NCBI GenBank assembly: GCA_963749495.1
Contig: CAVVMW010000019.1
Span: 64,001 to 128,000, forward strand
DNA: 64,000 bases
Direction: 5' to 3'
Source: an uncultured bacterium
Lineage (GTDB): Bacteria; Verrucomicrobiota; Verrucomicrobiia; Limisphaerales; UBA8199
The stretch's first letter is position 1; each line of letters starts with the position of its first letter. The position numbers and the translations under genes were made by a program. The notes below the pieces were generated by a model. The model did not search any database, was not told where the DNA came from, and saw only the letters and a program-made list of their open reading frames with translations. Shown here piece after piece: positions 19,752-29,385 of the stretch.

Positions 19752-20240
19752 ATGTCTAACTCCACTCCACCTTGCCAGCAAATCGCCCCGGATGTGAAAC
19801 TGGGCCGCGGGGTCCGCATCTACGGATTCACCAACCTTTACGGGTGCGAACTCGGAGACGACGTGAGGGTGGGGGCTTTCGTCGAGATTCAAAAGGGAGC
19901 GAAGGTGGGCAACCGCTGCAAGATCTCCAGCCACTCGTTTATCTGCGAAGGCGTGGTGCTGGAGGACGAGGTGTTTGTCGGCCACAATGTCACGTTTATC
20001 AACGACCGCTACCCGCGCGCGACCAACGGCGAGGGCAAGCTCCAGACCGAGTCGGATTGGAAATGCGTGCCTACGCTGGTCAAGCGCGGGGCCTCGATCG
20101 GCTCGGGAGCGACGTTGCTTTGCGGCATCACCATCGGCGAACGCGCTGTGGTGGGGGCGGGGAGCGTGGTCACCAAGGACGTTCCCTCCGGCGCCGTGGT
20201 GGCCGGCAATCCCGCGCGCTTCCTCAAGAAGAAAACTTGA
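19752..20240 (+). CDS. Hexapeptide-repeat N-acetyltransferase (WbpD/WlbB-like)
   Basis: VGAFVEIQKGAKVG, FINDRYPRA, VGAGSVVTKDVP...VAGNPAR. Confidence 0.92.
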   Translation: MSNSTPPCQQIAPDVKLGRGVRIYGFTNLYGCELGDDVRVGAFVEIQKGAKVGNRCKISSHSFICEGVVLEDEVFVGHNVTFINDRYPRATNGEGKLQTESDWKCVPTLVKRGASIGSGATLLCGITIGERAVVGAGSVVTKDVPSGAVVAGNPARFLKKKT

Positions 20241-20250
20241 TTTGAACTTC

Positions 20251-21396
20251 ATGAAAGTGCCATTCCTGGACCTTAAAGCCCATCACCGCCCGCTCCGCGA
20301 GCAACTGGACAGCGCCATTGCGGAGGTCATTGACAGCGCCGCCTTCGCCGGCGGGCCGTTTGTCGCCGCCTTCGAGCGGGATTTCGCAGCGTATTGCGGG
20401 GCGCCGCGCGCCGCCGGCGTCGGCAGCGGCACGGATGCGCTATGGCTGGCGTTGCTGGCCCTGGGCGTGGGCGCGGGGGACGAGGTCATCACGGTCCCCA
20501 GCACCTTCATGGCAACGGCCGAGGCGATCAGTTACTGCGGGGCGCGCCCGGTGTTTGTCGATATTGACGAGAAGACCTATACGCTTGATCCGGGACTGCT
20601 CGAGCAGGCCATTACCGCGAAGACCAAGGCCATCATCCCGGTGCACCTCTTCGGGCAGGTGGCCGATATGGATGCTATCCTCGCGATTGCCGGCCAACAT
20701 GGCATCCCGGTGGTCGAGGACGCCTGCCAGGCGCACGGGGCGCTCTACAAGGGCCGCAGGGCCGGCTCTCTGGGCGCGGCCGGGTGTTTCAGCTTCTATC
20801 CGGGCAAGAACCTGGGCGCCTTTGGTGAAGCCGGGGCGGTTGTGACCAGCGACCCGAAGCTGGACGCCAAGGTCCGCGTGCTGCGCGACCACGGGCAGGC
20901 CAGCAAATACTTCCATTCGCTCGTCGGCTGGAACGCGCGGATGGATGGCATCCAGGGCGCCGTCCTGCGGGTCAAGCTCAAGCAACTGGATTCCGTCAAC
21001 GCCCGGCGCGGGGCGCATGCGCGGCTCTATGATGAGTTGCTGGGCGGGTCCAAAGAGATCGTCACCCCCTTCGTCGCCCCGGACAGCCAGCACGTCTATC
21101 ACATCTACGCCGTGAGGGTGAAGCAGCGCGACCAGGTCCTTCAGGAACTGGCCGAGCAGGGCATCGCCTGCGCCATCCATTACCCGATCCCGGTCCACCT
21201 CCAGGAGGCCTATCGCTGCCTGGGCTACGGCAAGGGCTCGTTCCCGGTGGCCGAACGATGCGCCGAGGAGTTCCTGTCCCTCCCGATGTACCCGGAGTTG
21301 ACCGGCGAACAGATCCGCGCGGTGGCCAAACGGCTCCAGTCCACAGTCCACAGTCCACAGTCCACAGTCCAGAGTCCTTCTTTGATCGCGCATTGA
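20251..21396 (+). CDS. DegT/DnrJ/EryC1/StrS PLP sugar aminotransferase (WbpE/WlbC-like)
   Basis: MKVPFLDL start, VEDACQAHGA, FSFYPGKNLGAFGEAG. Confidence 0.93.
   Translation: MKVPFLDLKAHHRPLREQLDSAIAEVIDSAAFAGGPFVAAFERDFAAYCGAPRAAGVGSGTDALWLALLALGVGAGDEVITVPSTFMATAEAISYCGARPVFVDIDEKTYTLDPGLLEQAITAKTKAIIPVHLFGQVADMDAILAIAGQHGIPVVEDACQAHGALYKGRRAGSLGAAGCFSFYPGKNLGAFGEAGAVVTSDPKLDAKVRVLRDHGQASKYFHSLVGWNARMDGIQGAVLRVKLKQLDSVNARRGAHARLYDELLGGSKEIVTPFVAPDSQHVYHIYAVRVKQRDQVLQELAEQGIACAIHYPIPVHLQEAYRCLGYGKGSFPVAERCAEEFLSLPMYPELTGEQIRAVAKRLQSTVHSPQSTVQSPSLIAH
21337..21377 (+). repeat. (CAGTCCA)5 plus one variant, heptamer array in the 3' end of the aminotransferase gene
   Basis: Directly visible; translates QSTVHSPQSTVQSP. 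Confidence 0.95.
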
Positions 21397-21426
21397 CTTC
21401 TGTTTGGTTGGTGGGAAGATCAGGCT

Positions 21427-21648
21427 GTGAACGACATTGTGTTCAGGGTTGACGCTTGCCGGGAGACCGGCGCGTTCCTTGCCCGTTGGGACGATCCCAA
21501 GGGCGGGGGTATTACCACCCAGGGTGACACACTAGCTGAATTGCACAATATGATTGCGGACGCCGTGACCGGTTACTTCGAGGCTGGCAAGCATCCCAGG
21601 CAGGTTCGGCTTCACTTCAGCGAGGATCCTATTTTGGCTCTGGCGTGA
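21427..21648 (+). CDS. hicB: HicB-like antitoxin (73 aa)
   Basis: GITTQGDTLAELHNMIADAVTGYF resembles the HicB N-terminal fold; stop overlaps (GTGA) a HicA-like start. Confidence 0.75.
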   Translation: MNDIVFRVDACRETGAFLARWDDPKGGGITTQGDTLAELHNMIADAVTGYFEAGKHPRQVRLHFSEDPILALA

Positions 21649-21674
21649 AACTGCCTCGGGATGTCTCCGGAGCC
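21645..21674 (+). pseudogene. hicA: Truncated HicA toxin N-terminus (MKLPRDVSGA)
   Basis: MKLPRDVSG matches the usual HicA N-terminus following this HicB type; similarity ends after ~10 codons, before a 9-nt repeat. Confidence 0.6.
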
Positions 21675-21705
21675 CTTGTCAATTCTTGCCTCCCGGAAAT
21701 CCGGT

Positions 21706-21731
21706 CCTTTGTTTCCTTCGTTTCCTTCTGT
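21706..21731 (+). repeat. 9-nt tandem repeat (CCTTTGTTT/CCTTCGTTT/CCTTCTGT)
   Basis: Visible between the hicA stub and the GNAT start. Confidence 0.75.
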
Positions 21732-21746
21732 AAAAAAGAAGCGAGT

Positions 21747-22841
21747 ATGTCGCCCAGGGTCCAAGCTCCCGTCCTGCCGCCCCAAGCTCCTTCCTGTGTG
21801 CCATCCCAGCCGCCGGGCCCGTTCAACCCGCTCGAGCACCCGGGCTGGGATTCCCTGGTGGCCGCGCACCCGGGAAGCTCGTTCTTTCACGGGGCCGCCT
21901 GGGCGCGCGTGCTGCACGAGACCTACGGACACCAGCCCGTCTATTTCTGCCGCTTCGCCAACGGCCGATTGGAGGAACTCCTGCCGGTCATGGAGGTCTT
22001 CAGCCCGTGCATCGGGCGGCGCGGCGTCTCGCTGCCTTTCACCGACTGTTGCTCTGCCCTCAAGACCGGCGGCCGCAGCATCGGGATGCTCTACGAAGTG
22101 GCGATGGATTATGGCCGGGGACGAAGGTGGCGCTATCTGGAATGCCGGGGCAACGATTCGGACTGGACCGGCACCTCGCCCTCGCTCGGTTTTTACGGGC
22201 ATGAGATCGCCCTGCGCCCCGGCCCGGAGGCCCTCTTCAAAAACTGCGAATCGGCGGTGCGGCGCGGCATCAAGAAGGCGGAGGCGGCGGGCTTGAGCGC
22301 GGAATTCGCGAACAGCCCCGAGTCCATGCGCGCCTTCTATGCGCTGCACTGCCGGACCCGCCGCCGGCACGGCGTGCCCCCGCAGCCGTTCCGGTTCTTC
22401 GAGAACATCCAGCGGCACGCGCTGGCCCAGGGCTTGGGCGGGGTCGAGGTCGTGCGGTTCGAGGGCCGGGCAGTGGCGGCGGCGGTTTTCTTCCACAGCG
22501 GCTCGCGCGTCCACTACAAGTTCGGCGCCTCCGACCTCGATTTTCAACCCGTGCGGCCCAACAACCTCCTGATGTGGGAGGCCATCAAGCGGTATGCGGC
22601 GGCGGGGTTCGAGACCCTGCACCTGGGCCGGACCAGCCTCGCCAACGAGGGCCTGCGGCGTTTCAAGCTCGGCTTCGGGGCCGTCGAGGAGCGCATCGAA
22701 TACAGCAAATACGATTTCCGCAAACGCCGCTTTGTCGAAGACACAGACCGCGCCGAAGGCCCGCTGAATAACCTCTTCCGCTGGCTCCCCCTCCCGCTCC
22801 TCCGCTTCGCCGGCCAGGCCCTCTACCCGCACCTCTCTTGA
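21747..22841 (+). CDS. GNAT/FemAB-like acyl/aminoacyl transferase (EPS modification)
   Basis: WDSLVAAHPGSSFFH, SLPFTD, RRGIKKA, PNNLLMWEAI, LHLGRT...GLRRFKLGFGA; ATG 21747 (in frame with GTG 21645). Confidence 0.85.
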   Translation: MSPRVQAPVLPPQAPSCVPSQPPGPFNPLEHPGWDSLVAAHPGSSFFHGAAWARVLHETYGHQPVYFCRFANGRLEELLPVMEVFSPCIGRRGVSLPFTDCCSALKTGGRSIGMLYEVAMDYGRGRRWRYLECRGNDSDWTGTSPSLGFYGHEIALRPGPEALFKNCESAVRRGIKKAEAAGLSAEFANSPESMRAFYALHCRTRRRHGVPPQPFRFFENIQRHALAQGLGGVEVVRFEGRAVAAAVFFHSGSRVHYKFGASDLDFQPVRPNNLLMWEAIKRYAAAGFETLHLGRTSLANEGLRRFKLGFGAVEERIEYSKYDFRKRRFVEDTDRAEGPLNNLFRWLPLPLLRFAGQALYPHLS

Positions 22842-23016
22842 GAGCGGAGTGCGGAGTGCGGAGTGCGGAGTGAGCACCCCCGCCACGCAGCCTGTAACCC
22901 CGAAACATGCCATATCCGTGGAGGGGAAAAGCCCCTCTGTTCCTTAGCCTTTCGTCATTCGTCATTCGTCATTCGTCATTTGTAGCTCCGCACTCCGCAT
23001 TCCGCACTCCGCACTC
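22842..23016. repeat. Inverted heptamer-array element: (GCGGAGT)4 ... (TTCGTCA)4 ... (YTCCGCA)4
   Basis: Left arm 22844-22871 is complementary to right arm 22986-23016; internal hairpin GAGGGG-AAAAG-CCCCTC at 22921-22937. Confidence 0.92.
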
Positions 23017-23040
23017 AAACGTTCCGCCTTTAGCCTTTCT

Positions 23041-25357
23041 ATGTCCCCTCCCCCCGCCCCTCCCGCCCCTCCCGCAGGCATAAGCCTGGGAGACATCCTG
23101 TACATCCTCTTCCGGCATAAGTGGAAGATCATGCTCGGCTGTGTCTTGGCGGTTATCGCAGCCGTTTGTGTTCCTCACGTCTGGCCCGCCCTGTATCAGT
23201 CCCAAGCCCGGCTCTATATCCGCTACGTGCTGGACACCATGAGTCCCAGCCAGGTCGGCGACAATGACTCCCGCATCCGGTCGCCGGACGCGCGCGGAAA
23301 CAGCATTCTTCAGACGGAGTTGGAGATTCTCACCAGCCGGGACCTGGCGCAGCAGGTTGCCGATGTGGTCGGGCCAGAGAATCCTGGGCAAGGCCGCGGC
23401 CACGAACCCCCCGGCGAACAACCGCCTCGCAGCCGCCGCCCTCATCCAGAACAGGCTCATGGCCGAGGTGCCCAAGGACAGCAGCGTTGTCCGGTTAACT
23501 TTTCAGCACTCGGATCCGGGGGTAGTGCAGCCCGTTCTCAAGCAGTTGATCGATTCTTATTTCAAAAAGCATGCCCAAATCCATGCCGTCGGCGCATTCG
23601 ACGAGTTCCTGACGCAGGAGACCGACCAACGCCGTTCGCAAGTTGCCCAGATCGCGGCCGATTTGCGGAAAGCCAAGGCCAAAGTGGGCGTCATCTCCCT
23701 CGAAGACAGGAAGCGCTTTTTTAGCGAGGAAATCGGTTGCCTTGAACGGGCGGCATCTGATGCCGAAGTCCAGTTGGCCGAGCAGCGTACCGCGGTCGGT
23801 GAACTGGCCAAATCTCTGCGCGTGCCCTCCATGGTTCTGACCAACCAGCAGGTGGCCACGAATTACGCCGACGCTGTGCCCCCCGAAAAAGTGAGTGAAT
23901 ATCGGCATGTCTGCTTGCTGCTGGACGCGCTGGAGCGGAGCCGGCAGGAATTGCTGTTGACTTATACCCCGTCCGTCTCATACGTGCGCGAGGTTGGGGC
24001 GCGGCTCGAGACCAACGAACAACTCAAACGCACACTCGAAAAGGCCAACCCCGGTCTTCTGGCGGTGCGCGTCACTCAGCCCAATGCCGTTGCGGGCGGC
24101 CTGGCCGCCGACCCGAGTGGGGCCTTGAACGCCGAAATGGGCCGGGTCAGCGCCTTGGAATCCAGGATCAAGACGCTCAATGCGCAACTGGATGACATTC
24201 GCAAGAAAGCCGCGGCCCTCAACGAGGAGGAAGGGCCGATTACGGATTTGCAGCGCCGGCTCTCAATCGAAGAGACCAATTACTCGAGGTTCTCGCAGAG
24301 CCTGGAACAGTCGCGTCTGGACGAGAGGCTCGGCGTCGGAAAAGTCTCCAACATCAGCACCATCCAGGAGCCGACCCCGCCAACAACGGCGCCTTCCAGA
24401 CTGATGAAGATCATGGCCGTGGTGCTCTTGGGCGGCATCGCGGCTGCATTCGGCCTGGCCTTCGCCCTCGAGCTCTACCTGGACCCGTCCGTCAAGCGCC
24501 CGATCGAGATCGAAAACCGGCTTCATTTGCCGTTGTTCCTTTCCATCCCGCGCCTGCACCTCAACGGTGCGGTCAGCCGGCACGCCCTGGGGACCGCTCG
24601 CGCTCCCCTGTTGGCTGAAGGGATCGGGGCAGGAGATGCAGGCCGGGAGCCGGAGGCTGCGAGTCACGACCCCGCGCTGGACGCTCCACCCTCGATGCTC
24701 GACGCTCCTCGCTCCACGCCTCCCTGGGACGCTCGCCACGAGCTCCGGCTCTTCCACGATGCCCTGCGCGACCGTCTGATCACGTATTTCGACCTGAAGA
24801 ACCTTACCCACAAGCCCAAGCTGGTGGCGCTGACAAGCTGCGGGGAGGGTGCCGGGGTGACAACGATTGCGGCCGGCTTGGCGGCTTCGCTTTCCGAGAC
24901 CGGCGAGGGCAAAGTGTTGCTGGTCGATATGAATGACCGGGGTTCGGCGCACCCCTTTTACCGGGGCAACCCGGCGTGCGGGCTGGAGGACGTTCTCGAG
25001 CCGGACAAGCGCGACACGGCCCTGGTGCAGGAAAGACTATACGTGGTCACGGAAAACCAGAACGGCGACAAGCTCCCGCGCTCCCTGCCCAAGCACTTCC
25101 AGCACCTGGCGCCCAAGCTCAAGGCCAGCGACTACGACTACATCATCTTCGACATGCCGCCGATCAGCCAGGTCAGTGTCACTTCGAAGCTGGCCCGGTT
25201 TATGGACATCGCGCTGGTTGTGGTCGAAGCCGAGGAGACCGACCGCGAGGCCGTCAAACGGGCCAGCTCCTTCCTGGCCCAGTCCGGCGCCAATGTCGGC
25301 GTTGTCCTGAACAAGACGCGCAGTTACGGCCTTAAGCGCCTCCACCAGGAGCTCTGA
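23041..25357 (+). CDS. Wzc/GumC-like polysaccharide co-polymerase with BY-kinase-like domain; apparent frameshift at ~23375
   Basis: ISLGDILYILFRHKW, ELEILTSRDLA, coiled coil, second TM, KLVALTS..., YDYIIFDMPP; ORFs 23041.. and 23264..25357 join near gggccagaga. Confidence 0.88.
24677..24718 (+). repeat. Degenerate CTCNACG-like heptamer array in the Wzc linker
   Basis: ctggacg ctccacc ctcgatg ctcgacg ctcctcg ctccacg. Confidence 0.65.
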
Positions 25358-25407
25358 CTTTCCCTGTCCCGACTCCTGTAGTCCCGTGGTCCCCTAATCC
25401 CTCTTCG

Positions 25408-28400
25408 ATGCTGCGCAACCGCCTTTATTACGGTCTCAAGCCCCTGCTCCCCTGGTCGGTTTCGAATGGGCGTCCGCCGCTGGCTCGCGCAGAGAAAGCG
25501 CGAGCGGGTCAGAGACATCTGGCCCATTCTCCCTGGTTCCGAGCGCCCGCCCGAGGGCTGGCCCGGCTGGCCCGAGGGCAAGCAATTCGCCCTGGTCCTC
25601 ACCCACGATGTCGAAGGCCAGGCCGGCCTGGACAAGTGCCGCCAACTCATGGAACTCGAGATGAAACTCGGCTTCCGCTCCTGCTTCAATTTCATCCCGG
25701 AAGGCGGACAATACACCGCCTCCAAAGAATTGCGCGAGGAATTGGCCGCCAACGGCTTCGAGGTCGGCGTCCACGACCTCTGCCACGACGGCAAGCTCTT
25801 CCTGACCCGACGCGAGTTCAGGCGCAACGCCCCCAAGATCAACCAGTATCTCAAGGACTGGAAAGCCATCGGCTTCCGCGCCGGCTTCATGCTTCACAAT
25901 CTCGAGTGGATTCACGACCTCAACGTCCAATACGACACCTCGACCTTCGACACCGACCCGTTCGAGCCGCAGCCGCAGGGTCAAAGAACGATCTTCCCCT
26001 TCTGGGTCTCACGAAGTGCGGAGTGCGGAGTGCGGGGTGCGGAATGCGACGCCTTCGGCTCTCCACCCTTTGCGTGTCCGCCCCCGCCTCCGCACTGCGC
26101 GCTCCGCGGTCCCGCGGCTCTGGATTCCTCACTCCGCATTCCCCATTCCTCACTCCGCACTTCAGAGCCTCCGTCCTCCGTCTTCCCGACTGTGGACCGT
26201 GGACTGCCCGTCCTCCGCAGTAGCTCTGCTACGGAGGGTGGATGGACCGTGGACTGTCCGCCCGGCTACGTGGAATTGCCCTACACCCTCCCCCAGGACT
26301 CAACGCTTTTCCTGACGCTTGGCGAGCGGCACCCGGATATTCGGTTCCAAAAGCTTGACTGGGTCGCCAAGCACGGCGGCATGGCCCTGGTGAACGTGCA
26401 CCCGGACTACCTCCGGTTTGAGCATGAAGCCAATTCCGCGGTGACCTACCCGGTCGAGCTGTATGCGCGTTTCCTGGGTTACGCTCGCCAGAGGTACGGT
26501 GGTTCGTTCTGGCAGGTCAACCCCGCCGAACTTGCGAGGTGGTATAGGGGGACTCTCGATATAGAGAGGCCCAGGCCGAAGCCCGTCACTCACGGCGGGC
26601 GTTTCGGCGAAACCTGGCAGGAGCAAGACTGCCCCCCCTCGGATCGAGGTGTGCTGGCGGGAAAGCGCGCCGCTGTCGTGCTCTACTCCGACTACGCAAC
26701 GGACCCACGGCCCAGGCGTGAGACGGAGGCGATGGCCCGTGCGGGAATGGAAGTCGATGTTTTTTGCCTGTGCAGGGACGCGAGCCAGCCGTTGCGTGAG
26801 CGCATTGATGGAGTCAACATCTTTCGCGTGCCGATGAAGCATCGCCGCGAGGGCAAGCTGACGTATTGCGTGCAATACGCGCGCTTTCTGCTCAGATCCC
26901 TGGAATTCGTCTCCCGGCGCACACTCATGCGGCGCTACCAGCTCGTGCACGTGCACAACATGCCGGATGTGCTGGTCTTCAGCGCGCTCCTGGCGCGCTC
27001 TCTCGGCGCCAAGGTCCTCCTCGACTTGCACGATCCGATGCCCGAGCTCATGCAGAGCATATTTTCTCTGCCTGAGAGCCACCGCCAGGTCCGGCTTCTA
27101 AAAATGCTGGAGAAGGTTAGCATCGCCTTCGCCCATCGGGTCGTCACACCCAATTCCGCCTTCAAAGAGCGGTTCGCTTCCCGCAGCTGCGCGGCCGAGA
27201 AGATCGAAATCGTGATGAACTCACCACAGCGGGACATCTTCCATGCGGACGAGTTCCCGCCGCCGCAAGCGCCGTCGGCCGAGCGGGAATTTGTTTTGAT
27301 GTACCATGGCCTGCTCGTCGAGCGCCATGGACTCGATTTGGCCGTCCGGGCCATCGCCAAATTGCGCGACCGCCTCCCGAGATTGAAACTGCTCCTTTAT
27401 GGCGACCCCACCCCCTACATGGCGGAGGTGCTGCGATTGGGGCAAACCCTGAATTTGGAAAACGCGATCGAGTTCCATGGATTCAAGCCACAGGCTGAGA
27501 TCGCCGAAGCAATCAAAGGCATCAACCTGGGCATCATTCCCAACCGCCTGAATGAGTTCACTGCGATTAACTTGCCGACGCGGATTTTCGAATACCTGGC
27601 CATGAAGAGGCCGGTGATCGTTCCGCGGACAAAAGGGATTCGGGACTATTTTGCGGAAGACTCCCTTATCTTCTTCGAACCGGGAGACGTTGACGACCTA
27701 GCCCGAAAGATTGAATGGGCTTGTCTGCACCCGGCTGAGGTCCGAACCACCCTTGAGAAGGGTCTTGCTGTTTACCGGAAGTGCCAGTGGGAACTGGAGG
27801 AGGCGAAGCTGCTCGGCATCCTCGCCGGCCTGCTGGCGCCGACGCACGACAGGCGCCACGGTGTCCCGGTGATCGCCCGCCTCAGGCGCATCTGCATGGT
27901 GACCTACTCCTATTACCAAACTGACAACCGCGTGATGCGCTACTCGGAAGAACTCGCCCGCCGAGGCGACACGGTTAACGTCCTCGCCATCAAGAACGAC
28001 CCGAGCCAGGCGCACACGGAGATGATAGGTCAAGTGAGGGTTAGCCGGATTCAGTGCCGGCAGCGCAAGGACGAGAGCACCAGGGCCGCCTACCTGCTGC
28101 CCACCCTGAGGTTCCTGATCGCCGCCTCGGCGCGCCTGGCCTGGCGGCAGATCCGGCGGCCCTATGACCTGGTCCACGTGCACAACGTCCCGGACTTCCT
28201 GGTCTTCGCCGCCTGGCTCCCGAAGCTCGCCGGCGCCAAGGTCATCCTGGACATCCACGACATTTTGCCGGAGTTGTACGCGAGCAAGTTCAAATCTGTC
28301 ACGGGCAGTGTGTGGACGAACACGCTGAAACTGGTGGAACGCATGTCCGCCCGGTTCGCCGACCACGTCATCATTTCCAACGACCTGTGGCGGGACAAAT

Positions 28401-29125
28401 ACACCGCCCGGACGGGGGTGGGCGGGCGCTGCAGTGTTTTCATCAACAACGTGGACGCTGCCGTCTTCTGGCCGCGCGCCCGCACACGCGATGACGGCAA
28501 GCTCATCGTCCTTTTCCCGGGCGGCCTGCAGTGGCACCAGGGCCTGGACATCGGCATCCGCGCCTTTAAGCGAGTCGCTGCCGAACTGCCCAATGCCGAG
28601 TTTCACATTTACGGCGATGGCATTATGAAAGGGCAACTCATGGCCTTGACCCGGGAGCTTGGGCTGGAGCCGAAGGTCCGCTTCTTCAAGCCGCTGCCCG
28701 TGCACCAGATCGCGGAAATCATGGCCAACGCGGACCTCGGGGTTGTCCCCAAGCGCGCCGATTCGTTCGGCAACGAGGCCTACAGCACCAAGATCATGGA
28801 ATTCATGGCCGTGGGCGTTCCAGTCGTCGTGTCGAACACGAAAATCGATCGGTTTTACTTCGACAACTCAGTCGTCCGGTTTTTCGAGTCCGGCAATGAC
28901 AATGCCTTGGCGGAAGCGATGATTGAGCTGCTGCGGGACGAGGATTTGCGGTGGCGAATTGCCGCAAGAGGCCTGGATTATGCCGCCCGGAACAGTTGGA
29001 CCAACCACAAACACCGCTACCTCGCCCTCGTCGATTCCCTTATCGAAGGCAGGCCGCCCGTTCCGCCTGACAACGCCCCGCCCGCCCAGGCCTGCTCCGC
29101 CACGAACCCAGCGACACCGAGTTGA
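25408..29125 (+). CDS. Fusion protein: polysaccharide deacetylase-like domain + two GT4 glycosyltransferases; apparent frameshift at ~25461
   Basis: VLTHDVEG, EVGVHDLCHDG, NVHPDY; two GT-B units each with VHVHNxPDxLVF...LDxHD and PTRIFEY/STKIMEF; removing one T at 25460-25462 joins MLRNRLYY... to the 1219-aa ORF. Confidence 0.85.
26009..26263 (+). repeat. 255-nt in-frame composite repeat insertion (heptamer arrays + palindrome)
   Basis: (GAGTGCG)-like x5, (CTCCGCA)-like arrays, (CCTCCGT)2, GACTGTG array split by a palindrome; lies between IFPFWV and GYVELPYT. Confidence 0.85.
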
Positions 29126-29227
29126 ACACCCCAAACACGCAGCTCAAGACCCCGCGAGCCGAAGAGCCCGAACTCGTGTCCAAGGAGCAGGGCGCCGCCT
29201 CCAGGAACGTTGACCGCTTGCCGATTT

Positions 29228-29382
29228 AACCGCAGAGAACGCAAAGAACGCAGAGAACACCGCGGAAGACGCAGAACACACGGAAAATCTCCGACCTCCG
29301 GCTCCATCCCTCGACACTCGATACTCGACTGTGGACTGTGGACTCTGGACTCTCCCTTCAGCCTTTAGCCTTTGGCCTTTCG
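29228..29382 (+). repeat. Intergenic chain of micro-arrays: 9-nt (AACGCAGAG)3, then CTCGAYA, GACTSTG and CCTTYRG heptamers
   Basis: cgcagagaa cgcaaagaa cgcagagaa; ctcgaca ctcgata; gactgtg gactgtg gactctg gactctc; ccttcag cctttag cctttgg cctttcg. Confidence 0.88.
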
Positions 29383-29385
29383 ACC

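Noticed and set aside
21670..21682. Minus-strand TTGACAAGGG identical to the mazG -35 region at the hicA breakpoint
   Set aside because: A 10-nt match could be chance, and no convincing -10 element was identified
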